From contig NIVC01000942.1 of assembly GCA_002269645.1 (NCBI GenBank), positions 124,001 to 188,000 of the forward strand: a stretch of 64,000 nt of DNA, given 5' to 3'. Within the stretch, counting starts at the first letter, position 1, and each line of letters begins with the position of its first letter. This DNA is from Macrostomum lignano. Lineage: Eukaryota. A program made the translations under genes and the position numbers. Positions 1-31,650 of this stretch are shown here, piece by piece. Under the pieces are notes generated by a model that was not told where the DNA came from, made no database searches, and worked only from the letters and a program-made list of their open reading frames with translations.

Positions 1-199
1 ATAATGCAAAAACAAATTTAACAAAAATACCATTGGCATTGGTCTAAGTTTTATATCAAAGTGCATTTTGCATTTTTATATAAATTGATAGATTAATAAA
101 ACATTTTATTAATTTTGTCTTTTTTTAGAATATAGTTGTGTATATGTGTTTATAAGCTATGATTGCTATGATTCTTTTTTCTTAGAATATAGTAATACA

Positions 200-1017
200 C
201 GAGGGGCGTCCATAAAGTAGTGTTACTATTACTCGGTGTGGACATATGGAAAGTTGCACTTGCATGAGTTTGGTGTCATTTGAAAGTGGCAAGTCTCTTC
301 TTTAAAATGACACCAATTGCAAGAGATTTGAATATGTGCTTCAAGAGATATGGACGATTAAGTAGAGAAAGGTCGGTCATAAACTTACTCAAGCTGTGTC
401 TGCAGAAAACTTTTATTAATCACTTCAAGAAAATCCAAACAACACAACAAAAGTACAGTAAAAAAAACAGGTGATAACAAGCAAAATTGTTATACAAGCG
501 AACAATGTTAAAATAACTCATTGGTTGGCAGAGTTGTCTTCTCAACGTAGTCACCACCAGACATGATGCACTTCTCCCATCGGTCTCGCATCTTGTCGAT
601 GGCATCTGCATACAGAGTTCTCGGAATCTGGTGCAGCAGGACCTTCCTAACCTTGCTCTCCAATTGATCGCGACTGTTATGGACTCAGCACAGCAACTGC
701 AGTCTTAGTTTTCTGAGGCAGCCCCTCTCATTTGCTGCATCGAATTTGGCCATAGACAGTTTATGCATGCAAGAAAAATCGATAAAATTTCAAGCTGAAT
801 GCTATTTTTAGCTTAAATTTTAGCTTGTGTAAGTTTATGACCGACCTATCTCTACTTAATTATCCATATCTCTTGAAGCACATATTCAAATCTCTTGCAA
901 TTGGTGTCATTTTAAAGAAGAGACTTGCCACTTTCAAATGACACCAAACTCATACAAGTGCAACTTTCCATATGTCCACACCGAGTAATAGTAACACTAC
1001 TTTCCGGACGCCCCTTG
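200..1017 (-). mobile_element. Non-autonomous, internally deleted mariner (Tc1/mariner) element
   Basis: About 195-bp terminal inverted repeats (200-395 vs 822-1017) starting CGAGGGGCGTCC / CAAGGGGCGTCC, with TA at 1018-1019. The minus strand 684-508 translates to HNSRDQLESKVRKVLLHQIPRTLYADAIDKMRDRWEKCIMSGGDYVEK, which resembles a mariner transposase C-terminus. No DDD catalytic core is left. Confidence 0.85.
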
Positions 1018-1353
1018 TATTTGTTTACAAGTTATAATCAGACATGCTATTTAATCTTATTAACTACTTGGCTTGATGTGACTACTTGACTATCAAGTAT
1101 TTGTAGCATTGTAGGCACTATTACTAATGCATAGAGCCCTATTAAACTAAATTAATTTGTTCATTTGTTTCATATATTTAGAATTTAAAATGGAAAGGAA
1201 GTAAATTAGAGTAGAAAAATATTTTAAAGAATGATTCTATAGGTTAACCATTTAGGCTCTAAAACAAAAATCATATAATATCATAAAAAACTTTGCGAAA
1301 ATTTCAATATTAAATATCAATTAGCCACTGTGAAACTCTCCAGAGCCAGCCAG

Positions 1354-12197
<10,844 letters not shown>

Positions 12198-13399
12198 TGA
12201 GTTGTCGGGCTGCAATTGTCGCTCCTGATTCTGTTTCTCTGTCTGACTGGCTTTCCCGTTCTCTTCTGTCTGTGCGATTTTTAACTTTCCTTTTGTCTGC
12301 CCAGCTCTTTAGTCTAGCTGGACATGTTCACCAGTTGCTTGTCTGGGGGGCTCATTTTTAACTGACTAAATTTATTCCATTTTGTAAGAAGCGATGAGTC
12401 AGACTGATTTCTTAGAAATCTGAGCTTCCTCTTCTAAATCAAGCTGTAACTAATAAATCCATATGGTTTCTAGGAAATCAATTGATTCTAGAAATTGCGC
12501 TGAGTCTGTTTAAGAACAAACTGGGAAACCCTTTATAGGAAATGCTATTAATTCCTAGAAAAGCCTGTTTAATTTCTAAGAAATCCTATTGATTTCTGGG
12601 AAAATCCGATTAAATTATAACAAAAATCAGCATTTCTAAGAAACACAATTCTAGCTATATGTTTCTTTTCCGTCTGGTTATTTCTTTTTGTCCTGTTGCT
12701 TTTCTATGAAATCATTTGCATTCCCGGGAAACTGACCGATTTTTAGACAAAGTCGAGATGAGATTACTTTATTAAAATAATATTGATTTCTAGGAAATCA
12801 TTTCAGCTTGTCAAGAGTGTGTTGTGTTGTGTGCCATTATACTCGTATTTTAATTGTAGCGCAATTTAAGCTTTTAATTGTGCTCTTTGTCTTAATTCTG
12901 TAACGATGCTTTCATCTATAGTATTATTTCATGTTACTAGTATTCAATTAGTAAGTAATATATGCGTATATCCCGCCATTTTAATCAGCTACTTATATAA
13001 GTAGTAACAGTTACCCAATTTAATCAGGTGGCGAGTCAGTGATAGTTGAGTTATTTTACCTCCGTGTTTTTGTTTGCGTAATATTTTTGTTCTTATCCTA
13101 CCCTGGCACAGGTGTCTGTCTGTACATAGCCAGGTCTCGAGCTGTCCGATTCCCTGCTGAAATGTACTTTTAGCCTTTATTTCGGGTCACAGAGATCGCT
13201 GGCGGTCTGGAATTATTTTGTTTTGTTTTGATGAACTCTTCCGTTGTTTTTTATTGCGCCGGTTTCACGAACAGATTGCTGAAAAATTCAACCGTGGAGC
13301 CTTGCGTCTCCTGTCTGCTCAATGCCATTTCTGACCCGGCGCACCTGTCCCTGACCAGGTGCGAGTTGACCCACTGACGTGTTGATCTAGAATCGATTT

Positions 13400-13850
13400 G
13401 ACCCTGAGACCCGCTGACCCAGACTAGCCTTGATCCCTTGACCCAGAAGAGCCTTGACCCCTTGAACCGCTGACTCAGAATAGCCTTGACCCTCTGACCC
13501 AGAATAGCCTTGACCCTCTGACCCAGACTAGCCTTGAGCCCTTGACCCGCTGACCCAGAATAGCCTTGACCCCTTGACCCGCTGACCCAGAATAGCCTTG
13601 ACCCCTTGACCCGCTGACCCAGAATAGCCTTGACCCCTTGACCCGCTGACCCAGAATAGCCTTGACCCCTTGACCCGCTGACCCAGAATAGCCTTGACCC
13701 TCTGACCCAGAATAGCCTTGAGTCCTTGACCCAGACCAGCCTTGACCCGCTGACCCAGAATAGCCTTGGCCCCTTGACCCAGACTAGCCTTGACCCTCTG
13801 ACCCAGAAAAGCCTTGGCCCCTTGACCCGCCGACCAAAAATCGATTTGAC
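13400..13850. repeat. Intergenic 24-32-bp minisatellite
   Basis: Unit TTGACCCGCTGACCCAGAATAGCC(TTGACCCC). Confidence 0.9.
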
Positions 13851-14379
13851 TCCCCAATCCGTTGATCCAGAAGAAGAAATTTCAAATTTCTCATCTGGCG
13901 TTCTTTTTTTAGTTGGAATATTTCGTAGTATTTTGTGCACTTTTATTGTTTGCTTATTAAATTCAAAAGCTAAGAAAAAGCAACAGGAATTTACCGAAGA
14001 ACCAAATGCAATTGCTTCAATGCAAATCTAGGCTATTCGAAAAGTTTTTACACAGAATTTTTCTCTGCCACTCTCCGCTCTGCCCTCTTCGTTATCTTCT
14101 ACTGCCACCCGTCGCTTTACTGTTTTGCTTTTTTGTCTCCCGCTAACAATTATTAATAAATTAAAGTAACACTACTGGTATGGTTAGTGCAATTACGGGT
14201 AGATTATTGTTCATTTGCAGTCCGTGCAAATTACTCAAATTATTGCTGCATAACCTCGGAGCGGCGAGTTCATATACTTTAAATACAATTGCTTTGTACG
14301 GTTGCTTTTGTACTGTAGCCACTTGGAGCTGAGAACAGTTTGCAACTCTTGTGTGATTCTAATGCCCTGCTTTCTTTGC

Positions 14380-14905
14380 CTGCCTCCCAGATCCTCAGTT
14401 TCTGGGCCAGCCTCCCAGATCCCCACTTTCTGGGCCACCTCCTAGATCCTCAGTTGCTGGGCCAGCCTCCCAGATCCTCAGTTGCTAAGCAAGCCTCCCA
14501 GATCCCCAGTTGCTGGGCCAGCCTCTCAGATCCCCAGTTGCTGGGCCAACCTCCCAGATCCTCAGTTGCTGGGCCAGCCTCCCAGATCCCCAGTTGCTGG
14601 ACCAGCCTCCCAGATCCTCAGTTGCTGGGCCAGCCTGCCTCCCAGATCCTCAGTTGCTGGGCCAGCCTCCCGGATCCCCAGTTGCTGGGCCAGCCTCTCA
14701 GATCCTCAGTTGCTGGGCCAGCCTCCCAGATCCTCAGTTGCTGGGCCAGCCTCCCGGATCCCCAGTTGCTGGGCCAGCCTCCCAGATGCTCAGTTGCTGG
14801 GCCAGCCTCCCAGATCCTCAGTTGCTGGGCCAGCCTCCCAGATCCTCAGTCGCTGGGCCAGCCTCCCAGATCCTCAGTTGCTGGGTCGGCCTCCCAGATC
14901 CCAGC
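14380..14905 (+). repeat. 28-bp minisatellite of a dispersed family (copy 2), upstream of NPF
   Basis: Unit CTCCCAGATCCTCAGTTGCTGGGCCAGC. Confidence 0.92.
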
Positions 14906-15159
14906 AGCACACGTGCATCATTTATAGAGACAATTGTATGTAGATTTCCCAGCTTTTTGCATTAACGACCAGGCTGTTTTGTCCTAAAACAGAATTAGAT
15001 ACATTAAGGGTACACGTGACATTACTTGGGAAACTGGGGCTCTTCATCGGGACTAAGCCGAGACGTGCCAGGCCTACAAATGATGAAAGTCTAACAAAAG
15101 GAACTGCATGCAGAGTGAATCTAACTTGTTGCTCAGCTCAAAGCTCACTCTGCCCAATT

Positions 15160-15222
15160 CTGATTGGGAGATCCCCTGATTGGGAGGTCACGTGACGGGT
15201 GAGCGCCCGAGTTTTATATTTA
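15160..15222 (+). promoter_or_regulatory. Candidate NPF proximal promoter
   Basis: Two GATTGGGA (inverted CCAAT-like) boxes, a palindromic E-box GTCACGTGAC at 15187-15196, and a TATA-like TTTTATATTT at about 15211, 120-180 bp before the ATG. Confidence 0.4.
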
Positions 15223-15338
15223 ACGCAACGGGTTGGGAACTGCGCGATGCTTTGCGTACAAATCCGGGCTTCAGGCGCAGCTGTTTACCAGCTCAGGTTG
15301 TAAACTCCACCGGTCTCGGCGCTGTACATTAGCCAGTC

Positions 15339-17556
15339 ATGAGACCGCTGCTGCTGCTGCTGCTGCTGTCGGGTGTCGCTCTGGCAGCAGCGATGCCCGC
15401 GGCGGACTACGGCGGAGTGCCGCCCAAGCTGCTGGAGGCGCTGAGCGCTGCCAGTCAGCTGGGAGGCGGCGGCGAAGTCGCGGATTTTGGCGTCCCACCG
15501 CCGCCGGATCCGAGCCACTTCCGGACGCCGGAGGATCTGAAGAACTACCTGGACAAGCTGCGGCTGTACTATGCGCTGGTCAGCCTGCCCAGGTGAGCAG
15601 CTGTGCAGCTTGTGTCAGTAGCTTGTGTCAGCAGCTTGTGTCAGTAGCTTGTGTCAGCAGCTTGTGTCAGCAGCTTTTGTCAGTAGCTTGTGTCAGCAGC
15701 TTGTGTCAGCAGCTTTTGTCAGTAGCTTGTGTCATTGTTTAATTAATTTTGGCAGTACCTTGTGTCAGTATTAGTTAATTGTGTCAGCAGCTTGTGTCAT
15801 TATTTAGTTAATTGTGTCTGCAGCTTGTGTCATTATTTAGTTAATTGTGTCAGCAGCTTGTGTCATTATTAGTTACATGTAACTGTCAATAGCTCATGTC
15901 AGTAATTTAATACGGGGCATTAGTCCAGTTAGACACTAGTTAGTCTTTAGTGTCAGAAAGTTGTGTCAGTGGGTTGTCTCAGTAATTTAATTTGTGTCAG
16001 TAAGCTGCCTCATTTAGTTACCCTTCGCCCTCAACGCTGGCATACTAAGTAATCCGCGCGCTCTGCACGAAGTTGGGGAATATCATTATCAGCAAATTAA
16101 CCCGCTATTTATAGACCGGCTTCCAGCCAAGAAGCGGCACCAGACTAACGGAGCGCTGGAGCGTGTCCGGCAAGTGATGGCTATAGAAGGAATCCCCTTC
16201 CCAATGACTTTGCGTTTTTGTGACCCAGCAGGCACTGCAAATTACCTTTTTATCAACCAATAAGTGCATCGCCTAGTTATGCGAGCATGAGCTCACAGGT
16301 GCTTCCCCGATCGCCAACTGTTTGCTCGGAACGCCAAATTTACGTATTTTATTCTTGCTGAATGCAATATCAACTCGATTTTCGGGTCGCATCCGGGATG
16401 CCACGCCATTGGCATATTCCTTGGAGCCTCACCCCGAGCCTTCAGCCGGCAATCTGTCACTCTTCCCCCAACCCAGTCTGACTCAACCTTGACTTGGTTT
16501 TAGGATAAGAATATTTGTGCAGAGAGGATGAGATTTGGGGAAACCGCAGTTCAGGGGATTCGGGATATGAGAGATCTACCTTGCTGGACAGGTACAAATA
16601 AATCGAGCTCAGTGCTCACAGGATCCACTTGACTGGGAGGAAATGATCTGGAACAACAGATAGCTTCATCTTCTGCTGGGAAAATCTGGCGAGAATCCCA
16701 GTTCCCAGCCAAAATATCGATTTTTTGACAGCCTAAAAGCTTGGCGACACAATCTACTGACACAAGCTACTGACACAATCTACTGACACAATCTACTGAC
16801 ACAATCACTGACACAATCACTGACACAATCACTTACTCAATCTACTGACACAATCTACTGACACAATCTACTGGCACAATCTACTGACACAATCTACTGA
16901 CACAACCTACTGACACAATCTACTGACACAATTTACTGACACAATCACTGACACAATCTACTGACACAATCTACTGACACAATCTACTGACACAATCTAC
17001 TGACACAATCTACTAGCACAATCACTGACACAATCTACTGACACAATCTACTGACACAATCTACTGACACAATCTACTGACACAATCTACTGACACAATC
17101 TACTGGCACAATCTACTGACACAATCTACTGACACAATCTACTGACACAATCTACTGACACAATCACTGACACAATCTACTGACACAATCTACTGACACA
17201 ATCACTGACACAATCTACTGACACAATCACTGACACAATCACTGACACAACCTACTGACACAATCACTGACACAATCTACTGACACAATCTACTGGCACA
17301 ATCTACTGACACAATCTACTGACACAACCTACTGACACAATCTACTGGCACAATCTACTGACACAATCTACTGACACAATCACTGACACAATCTACTGAC
17401 ACAACCTACTGACACAATCTACTGACACAATCGCTATTACCTGTGTCGCCCTCGCACTCACTCAGATTCGGCAAGCGAGCCTCTCGCCGGTCGCTACCGA
17501 AGACTCGACTGCCACCATCCGGGATGAAAGACCGCATTGAAGGCTGGTGTCAGTGA
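15339..17556 (+). CDS. npf: Neuropeptide F (NPY family) precursor, 2 exons
   Basis: Exon 15339-15592 encodes a Leu-rich signal peptide plus PPPPDPSHFRTPEDLKNYLDKLRLYYALVSLP(R). Exon 17466-17556 encodes (R)FGKR...stop. The phase-2 intron splits the penultimate Arg codon, the conserved NPY/NPF intron position. There is a G-K-R amidation/cleavage site, Tyr at -10 and -17 from the C-terminus, and AATAAA at 17723. Confidence 0.93.
15605..15905 (+). repeat. 13-bp satellite, 5' arm in the NPF intron
   Basis: (GCTTGTGTCAGYA)n starting about 12 nt after the donor. Confidence 0.9.
16750..17432 (-). repeat. 13-bp satellite, 3' arm in the NPF intron, inverted relative to the 5' arm
   Basis: (AATCTACTGACAC)n ending about 33 nt before the acceptor; it is the reverse complement of the 5'-arm unit. 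Confidence 0.95.
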
Positions 17557-17939
17557 TCATCTGATCCCGTCAACTTCTGCCATAAAAAAACTGTCGGTGT
17601 CAGACTGCCACAAAATTTCCAGTGCCCCAAGTCGGCTGTCTGGTTAGCTCGTATTTTGCTTTTTTCTGTTTCATCTGGAGCTCTGATTTGGAGGATTCAC
17701 TCAAAATATGAACTTAATCTGGAATAAAAAAATTAAAGTCATTATACCAATTCTGCCACCTTGTGACAATGATAAAAACTGGACTGCCATTGGATTCACT
17801 CCCATTGGCTTGAGCAGAAACCGGCTGCTCCTATTTCAAGTACTTTCTTTGACTGCTGTTTCATTTGTCATGTTTTTGCATTAAAATATTACCTTTTTGC
17901 TCCATTGAGCCTTTTTCCCGCTGTCATGTTCCTGGTATA

Positions 17940-18330
17940 CTATCCCTGCTCTCTCCTGTCCTTGGTGGGCTGTCCTTGCTCTCTCCTGTCCTTGGTGGGC
18001 TGTCCCTGCTCTCTCCTGTCCTTGGTGGGCTGTCCCTGCTCTCTCCTGTCCTTGGTAGGCTGTCCCTGCTCTCTCCTGTCCTTGGTAGGCTGTCCCTGCT
18101 CTCTCCTGTCCTTGGTGGGCTATCCTTGCTCCCTCCTGTCCTTGGTGGGCTGTCCTTGCTCTCTCCTGTCCTTGGTGGGCTGTCCCTGCTCTCTCCTGTC
18201 CTTGGTGGGCTGTCCCTGCTCTCTCCTGTCTTTGGTAGGTTGTCCCTATACTCTCCTGTCCTTGATGGGTTGTCCCTGCTCTCTCCTGTCCTTGATGGGC
18301 TGTCTCTACCCTCTCCTGTCCTTTAGTCCT
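17940..18330. repeat. 30-bp minisatellite
   Basis: Unit TGTCCCTGCTCTCTCCTGTCCTTGGTGGGC. Confidence 0.95.
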
Positions 18331-20066
18331 CTGATCTCGCTCTCCTGTCTCATTCCACAGCTGTTAATTGTTACAAATGCTTTAGTCGCAAGTTCTATGC
18401 AAAATTCACGGGTGCGGGAAGTGATGCTCAGCAGCTTATAATCGCACAGTCTGAGTCTAGAATTCTAGATCGAATTTCAACGCATTGTGTAGGGCCGCTA
18501 AATTGCTTGCTTCTAAACAAATTAGAGGCCTTTGCATTTGCAGAGAGCCTTGTGGTCTGCTCGCGACGCGCAGAAGCCTAAATTTCTAGCTTCTTCTAGA
18601 CAGAGTTGTCAATTAGTCGATCGCTTCTTGACTCGAGTGGACATTCACATTCTCTTCATTCATCGCCTTCCAAACAGTTATAAGCATGCACACTTTCACA
18701 ACTGTGTTCCTTCCAATTATCTGAGTGAAATGAAATCAAAGGCGACCAGAGGATGCATGGATGTGTTGCTTAAAATAGAATAGCATGTAAATTGGCTAAA
18801 AGCACCGAATGAAAATTTAATGTTTTCTAAGCCGAAACGTTTTCCCTTCTGGATTTCTGGTATATGTACTGACATGAGCGATTGCGAAAGTGCAACATAA
18901 AGAATGAGGTCCCGTTTCGATATAGAATGCGTAAATCGGAAATTAAACAATTTCCGTAGGAATGGTTTTTCAATACATGATGCTGCCGTGCAGATACATG
19001 GACTAATCATAAAAAACCTTAATATACAGCCTTTATGCACCGTAGGCTAATAAAACTACATTTTTCTCTGCTACATGTATTTTGCTTCCTGTATATTCAA
19101 TATTTATAACAGCTTTAGACATGAAAAGAATTAAAAAACATGCTCTTTAATATCAAAACTAGAGTTTTAGTTTGCCAGTCAAGTTTAATGGTTAAATTAG
19201 ATGTTAACATTTGTTAGAGCTTAATCATACATGAACTTTTTAATTGTGTTCTACGATACCAAACCTTCTACGTTCATTTAAAAAATGTTTTTCAGGTATT
19301 TCAAACAGCAGTACCGAAATATTATTTCGTTGTAAAATATCTAGATAGCATTTATAAAAATTACTTCTTCCTTATGCTTTTACTGATTAGTTACTTGACC
19401 TTCAATACGTTAAATAGTCGATAATATGTTAGCACGACACTCAAGTAATAAATCCGCAAAAATACGTTATCAAAGAATTGTCACATTACTTTATAATTAG
19501 TAACTCTGTCTAATAGCTAACTTTTCTTTTTTCTTTTTATTGAGATTTTTAAGTAAGAGAAAAATAGCCATTTTAGTATATTGCTACTTGCTAAACCCTG
19601 TCACTTTGGGTTTTATGGGCAATAATATTTTTCTATGTTTCATGATGCTCTGGTTGCTTGTTACTGAAATTTTGTTCATAATGAAAACATAGAAAACTCT
19701 CACCATTGAGTTGAGTGCATCTAATTGTTAAATTATAATGTAAAAAAACAGTTACAGCTCCTATGTCCTTCAATTTTTCAAAGAAAAGCTATAAAAAGTT
19801 ATATTAAAAACAATACATTATACAAAAGCTGTTAGTTTTAAGTATATATCAATAATAAACCATTTATTTGTACCAAGGCACAATTGATCCTAACAAATTA
19901 ATTCGTGTAGAGAAAACGAAAAACGTTGTTTTAATTGTAGCTTTATATTTAATTTTAATCTTTAAAAGTAAATTTAAAGTCTCATTTCTGTTAATATACC
20001 ATATCACTCGTATGTATCTATTTCTGAAAACTCAAAAAACTATACTGTTTCATGCGAAAGCATTAA

Positions 20067-20714
20067 ATGGCAGCCAGAAACTGCTACAGCAAGTACAGCA
20101 CCGACCCAGCCTTCACCGGGCCCAAGATTGTCACTCCGCCCAACAACTACCTGTCTGGCAATGGCAAGTCCGAGGTGTACCAGGGCGCCGGTTGGTACGT
20201 GCCCTCCGAGAGGCGCTGGCAGCGCTACCACGAGTACACGGCGCTGCCGAGCTCCTCCCGTCGCGACGCCATCGACTTTCAGAGCGAAGACGATTTTGTT
20301 CAGTTCCGCCAGGCCCGCGACAGGCCGAGAGGTACATGCGTCTGCACTACTTGCGATTGAGTAGCGTGCAAGAAACTTTTGGTATTTTTTTCGCGAATTT
20401 TAGATCTAGCCTTCTCTAAATTACCAGAATGTATTGACAACACAGCCGTCCCCGCCCCGCCCGCAGCCCCCATGCTGACCTCCTATATTCCTGGAGAGAA
20501 GCCGGCCGACCTCAAGCTCACTGGCTACCGTCGCGAGGACTCCGTGGTGCCCGAGCACAGCCAGTTCTCCACTTACGAGCGATTTCCCCGCTGGCAAGGC
20601 TCCGGTTACTATGGTTACTATCACGAGGCGCTGGACCTGCACGACGGCGGCCGCATGAAGACGCTGCCGCGGTACCCCGGCTACCCGCTGGTGAGCAGCG
20701 TCACCGGTATCTGA
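20067..20714 (+). CDS. Hypothetical protein, 2 exons, 183 aa, Tyr/Pro/Gly-rich
   Basis: Exons 20067-20331 and 20428-20714, joined by a 96-nt GT-AG phase-1 intron. The GC-rich codon usage in an AT-rich background matches the other genes here. No family recognised. Confidence 0.8.
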
Positions 20715-21174
20715 GCTCGGCAAGGACTGCTTTACAGCTGATGGGGAGAACTTGAACAGCTCATTTTCCTCTATTTTATCTGCCTGCCATTCTGCACCTT
20801 TTTTTCATTTCTCTTTCTTTACTTTTTCATCTGCAGATTTTTTTAAAACAATTTTTCTCCTAATATAAAATCAAGATTCTTTCAGTTAAATTTTAAATCT
20901 ACGGTATTTTGCTAAAAATACTACTGAATAGCAACCAGTGTATTGGGTATGAGTTTTGGCTGAGACTTCGATCTGAAATATTGATGTTTTTGTTATTTTT
21001 TGTGTTTTTCACCTGCTGTTTGAACTGTATTTCACTGCACCTGAGACTTAATAGAGTTGCTCTATGCTACCATAAAATATTTTTCTGTTTTCTTGCAAAA
21101 TTTGCGACAAATTGTGTTCATTTTCATATTTTTGCGTGCGCTATTCCTCTTTAGAAATTCGGAATTTCAAAATG

Positions 21175-21570
21175 GCCGTATAGACTGTAGATTTGGAGTG
21201 ACAGATTCTCTATTGACTGTAAGTTTGGAGCGACAGGCTGTATAGACTTCAGATTTGGAGTGACAGAGTCTGTATAGACTTCAGATTTGGAGTGACAGAG
21301 TCTGTATAGACTGCAGATTTGGAGTGACAGAGTCTGTATAGACTGCAGACTTGGAGTAACAGAGTCTGTGTAGATTGCAGATTTCGAGTGACGAGTCTGT
21401 ATAGACTGAAAATTTGGAGTGACAGAGTCTGTATAGACTGCAGATTTGGAGTGACAGAGTCTGTATAGACTGCAGACTTGGAGTAACAGAGTCTGTGTAG
21501 ATTGCAGATTTCGAGTGACGAGTCTGTATAGACTGCAAATTTGGAGTGACAGAGTCTGTATAGACTTCGA
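21175..21570. repeat. 32-bp minisatellite
   Basis: Unit CTGTATAGACTGCAGATTTGGAGTGACAGAGT. Confidence 0.92.
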
Positions 21571-22465
21571 TCTGAAAGTCTATGTGTATAGACTCTGTAG
21601 ACTAATATAACTTTAAAAGTCACCAAATTTGTTGCATAGCGAAGAAAGCCATTTGTTTTTGCGAAGACAGAACTCGCAAAACAGTTAATTAACAAACCGA
21701 AATTTACCAATTTTATTTTCATGCTGTGTGTATACAACAGTGGGGGGTTCGCTACAGAGAATGAATGGCGAATTCAAAAAGGAATACATTAATTAATAAA
21801 ACAAAAGCAACAAATTTTAAATGTCATAAAGGGTGAATCAAAAGCTGTAGTACGTGTTATAAATATCTTGCTATTAACATATAATTTCATTATTAAAGTG
21901 CATCGAATCTCGATTGGCAAAGATAAGCAACTAAATTATTTTATTAACAACATGCATTTTTCCTTATCGAAACAGAAAATAACAATATTTAACCATTGCA
22001 ATTTCTTATCTCACACATAGATTCAAAACTTTGGAACTGATTATCAATTTAGTATTACTAAATATTGGAACCAGCAATTGCATGTGTATTTTTAATTCAA
22101 GCAATTAAGTAATAAACTTGTGCCGAATTCAGATGTATAATTTAAGATAAAGATAGCTTAGAGCAAGTTTAGTTCATATGCATCATCATTAATTACTTGT
22201 ATAGTAAACAGTTTGGACAACAAAACATAACTAGCAAACAATAACTCTAGGCGTCGGATCACGTGACTCAATATTCTGCCATTATCAGTCACGTGACTTA
22301 ATAACTCTCTAACCCACGGCATGCAGTCACGTGACTCAATATTCTGCCACTATCAGTCACGTGACTTAATAACCCTCTAACCCCGCGGCATACAGTCACG
22401 TGACTAAATAACCCGCGACTGCTAGTCACGTGATTAAGAATTGACTATCAATAAATCGTGCGGCC

Positions 22466-30829
<8,364 letters not shown>

Positions 30830-30859
30830 CGATTGCTCAGTATGACTCTACGGAGTTGG

Positions 30860-31650
30860 ATGGGTCAGGAAGGCTGGAGCATCGGTGGGTCAGGAAGGCT
30901 GGAGCATCGGTGGGTCAGGAAGATTGGAGCATCGGTGGGTCAGAAAGACTGGAGCATCGGTGGGTCAGAAAGACTGGAGCATCGGTGGGTCAGAAAGACT
31001 GGAGCATCGGTGGGTCAGGAAGACTGGAGCATCGGTGGGTCAGGAAGATTGGAGCATCGGTGGGTCAGAAAGACTGGAGCATCGGTGGGTCAGAAAGACT
31101 GGAGCATCGGTGGGTCAGGAAGACTGGAGCATCGGTGGGTCAGGAAGGCTGGAGCATCGGTGGGTCAGGAAGATTGGAGCATCGGTGGGTCAGGAAGACT
31201 GGAGCATCGGTGGGTCAGGAAGGCTGGAGCATCGGTGGGTCAGAAAGACTGGAGCATCGGTGGGTCAGGAAGACTGGAGCATCGGTGAGTCAGAAAGACT
31301 GGAGCATCGGTGGGTCAGGAAAGAGCATCGGTGGGTCAGGAGGGAGCATCGGTGGGTCAGGAGGGAGCATCAGTGAGTCAGGAGGGAGCATCGGTGGGTC
31401 ATGAAGGAGCATTTGTGGGTCAGGAGGGAGCATCGGTGGGTCCGGAGGGAGCATCGGTGGGTCCGGAGGGAGCATCGGTGGGTCAGGGGGGAGCATCGGT
31501 GGGTCAGAAGGGAGCATCGGTGGGTCCGGAGGGAGCATCGGTGGGTCAGGGGGGAGCATCGGTGGGTCAGGAGGGAGCATCGGTGGGTCAGGAGGGAGCA
31601 TCGGTGGGTCAGAAGGGAGCATCGGTGGGTCAGGAAGGAGCATCGGTGGG
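30860..31650. repeat. 25-bp minisatellite grading into a 21-bp one
   Basis: GGAGCATCGGTGGGTCAGAAAGACT, then GGAGCATCGGTGGGTCAGGAG. Confidence 0.95.
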
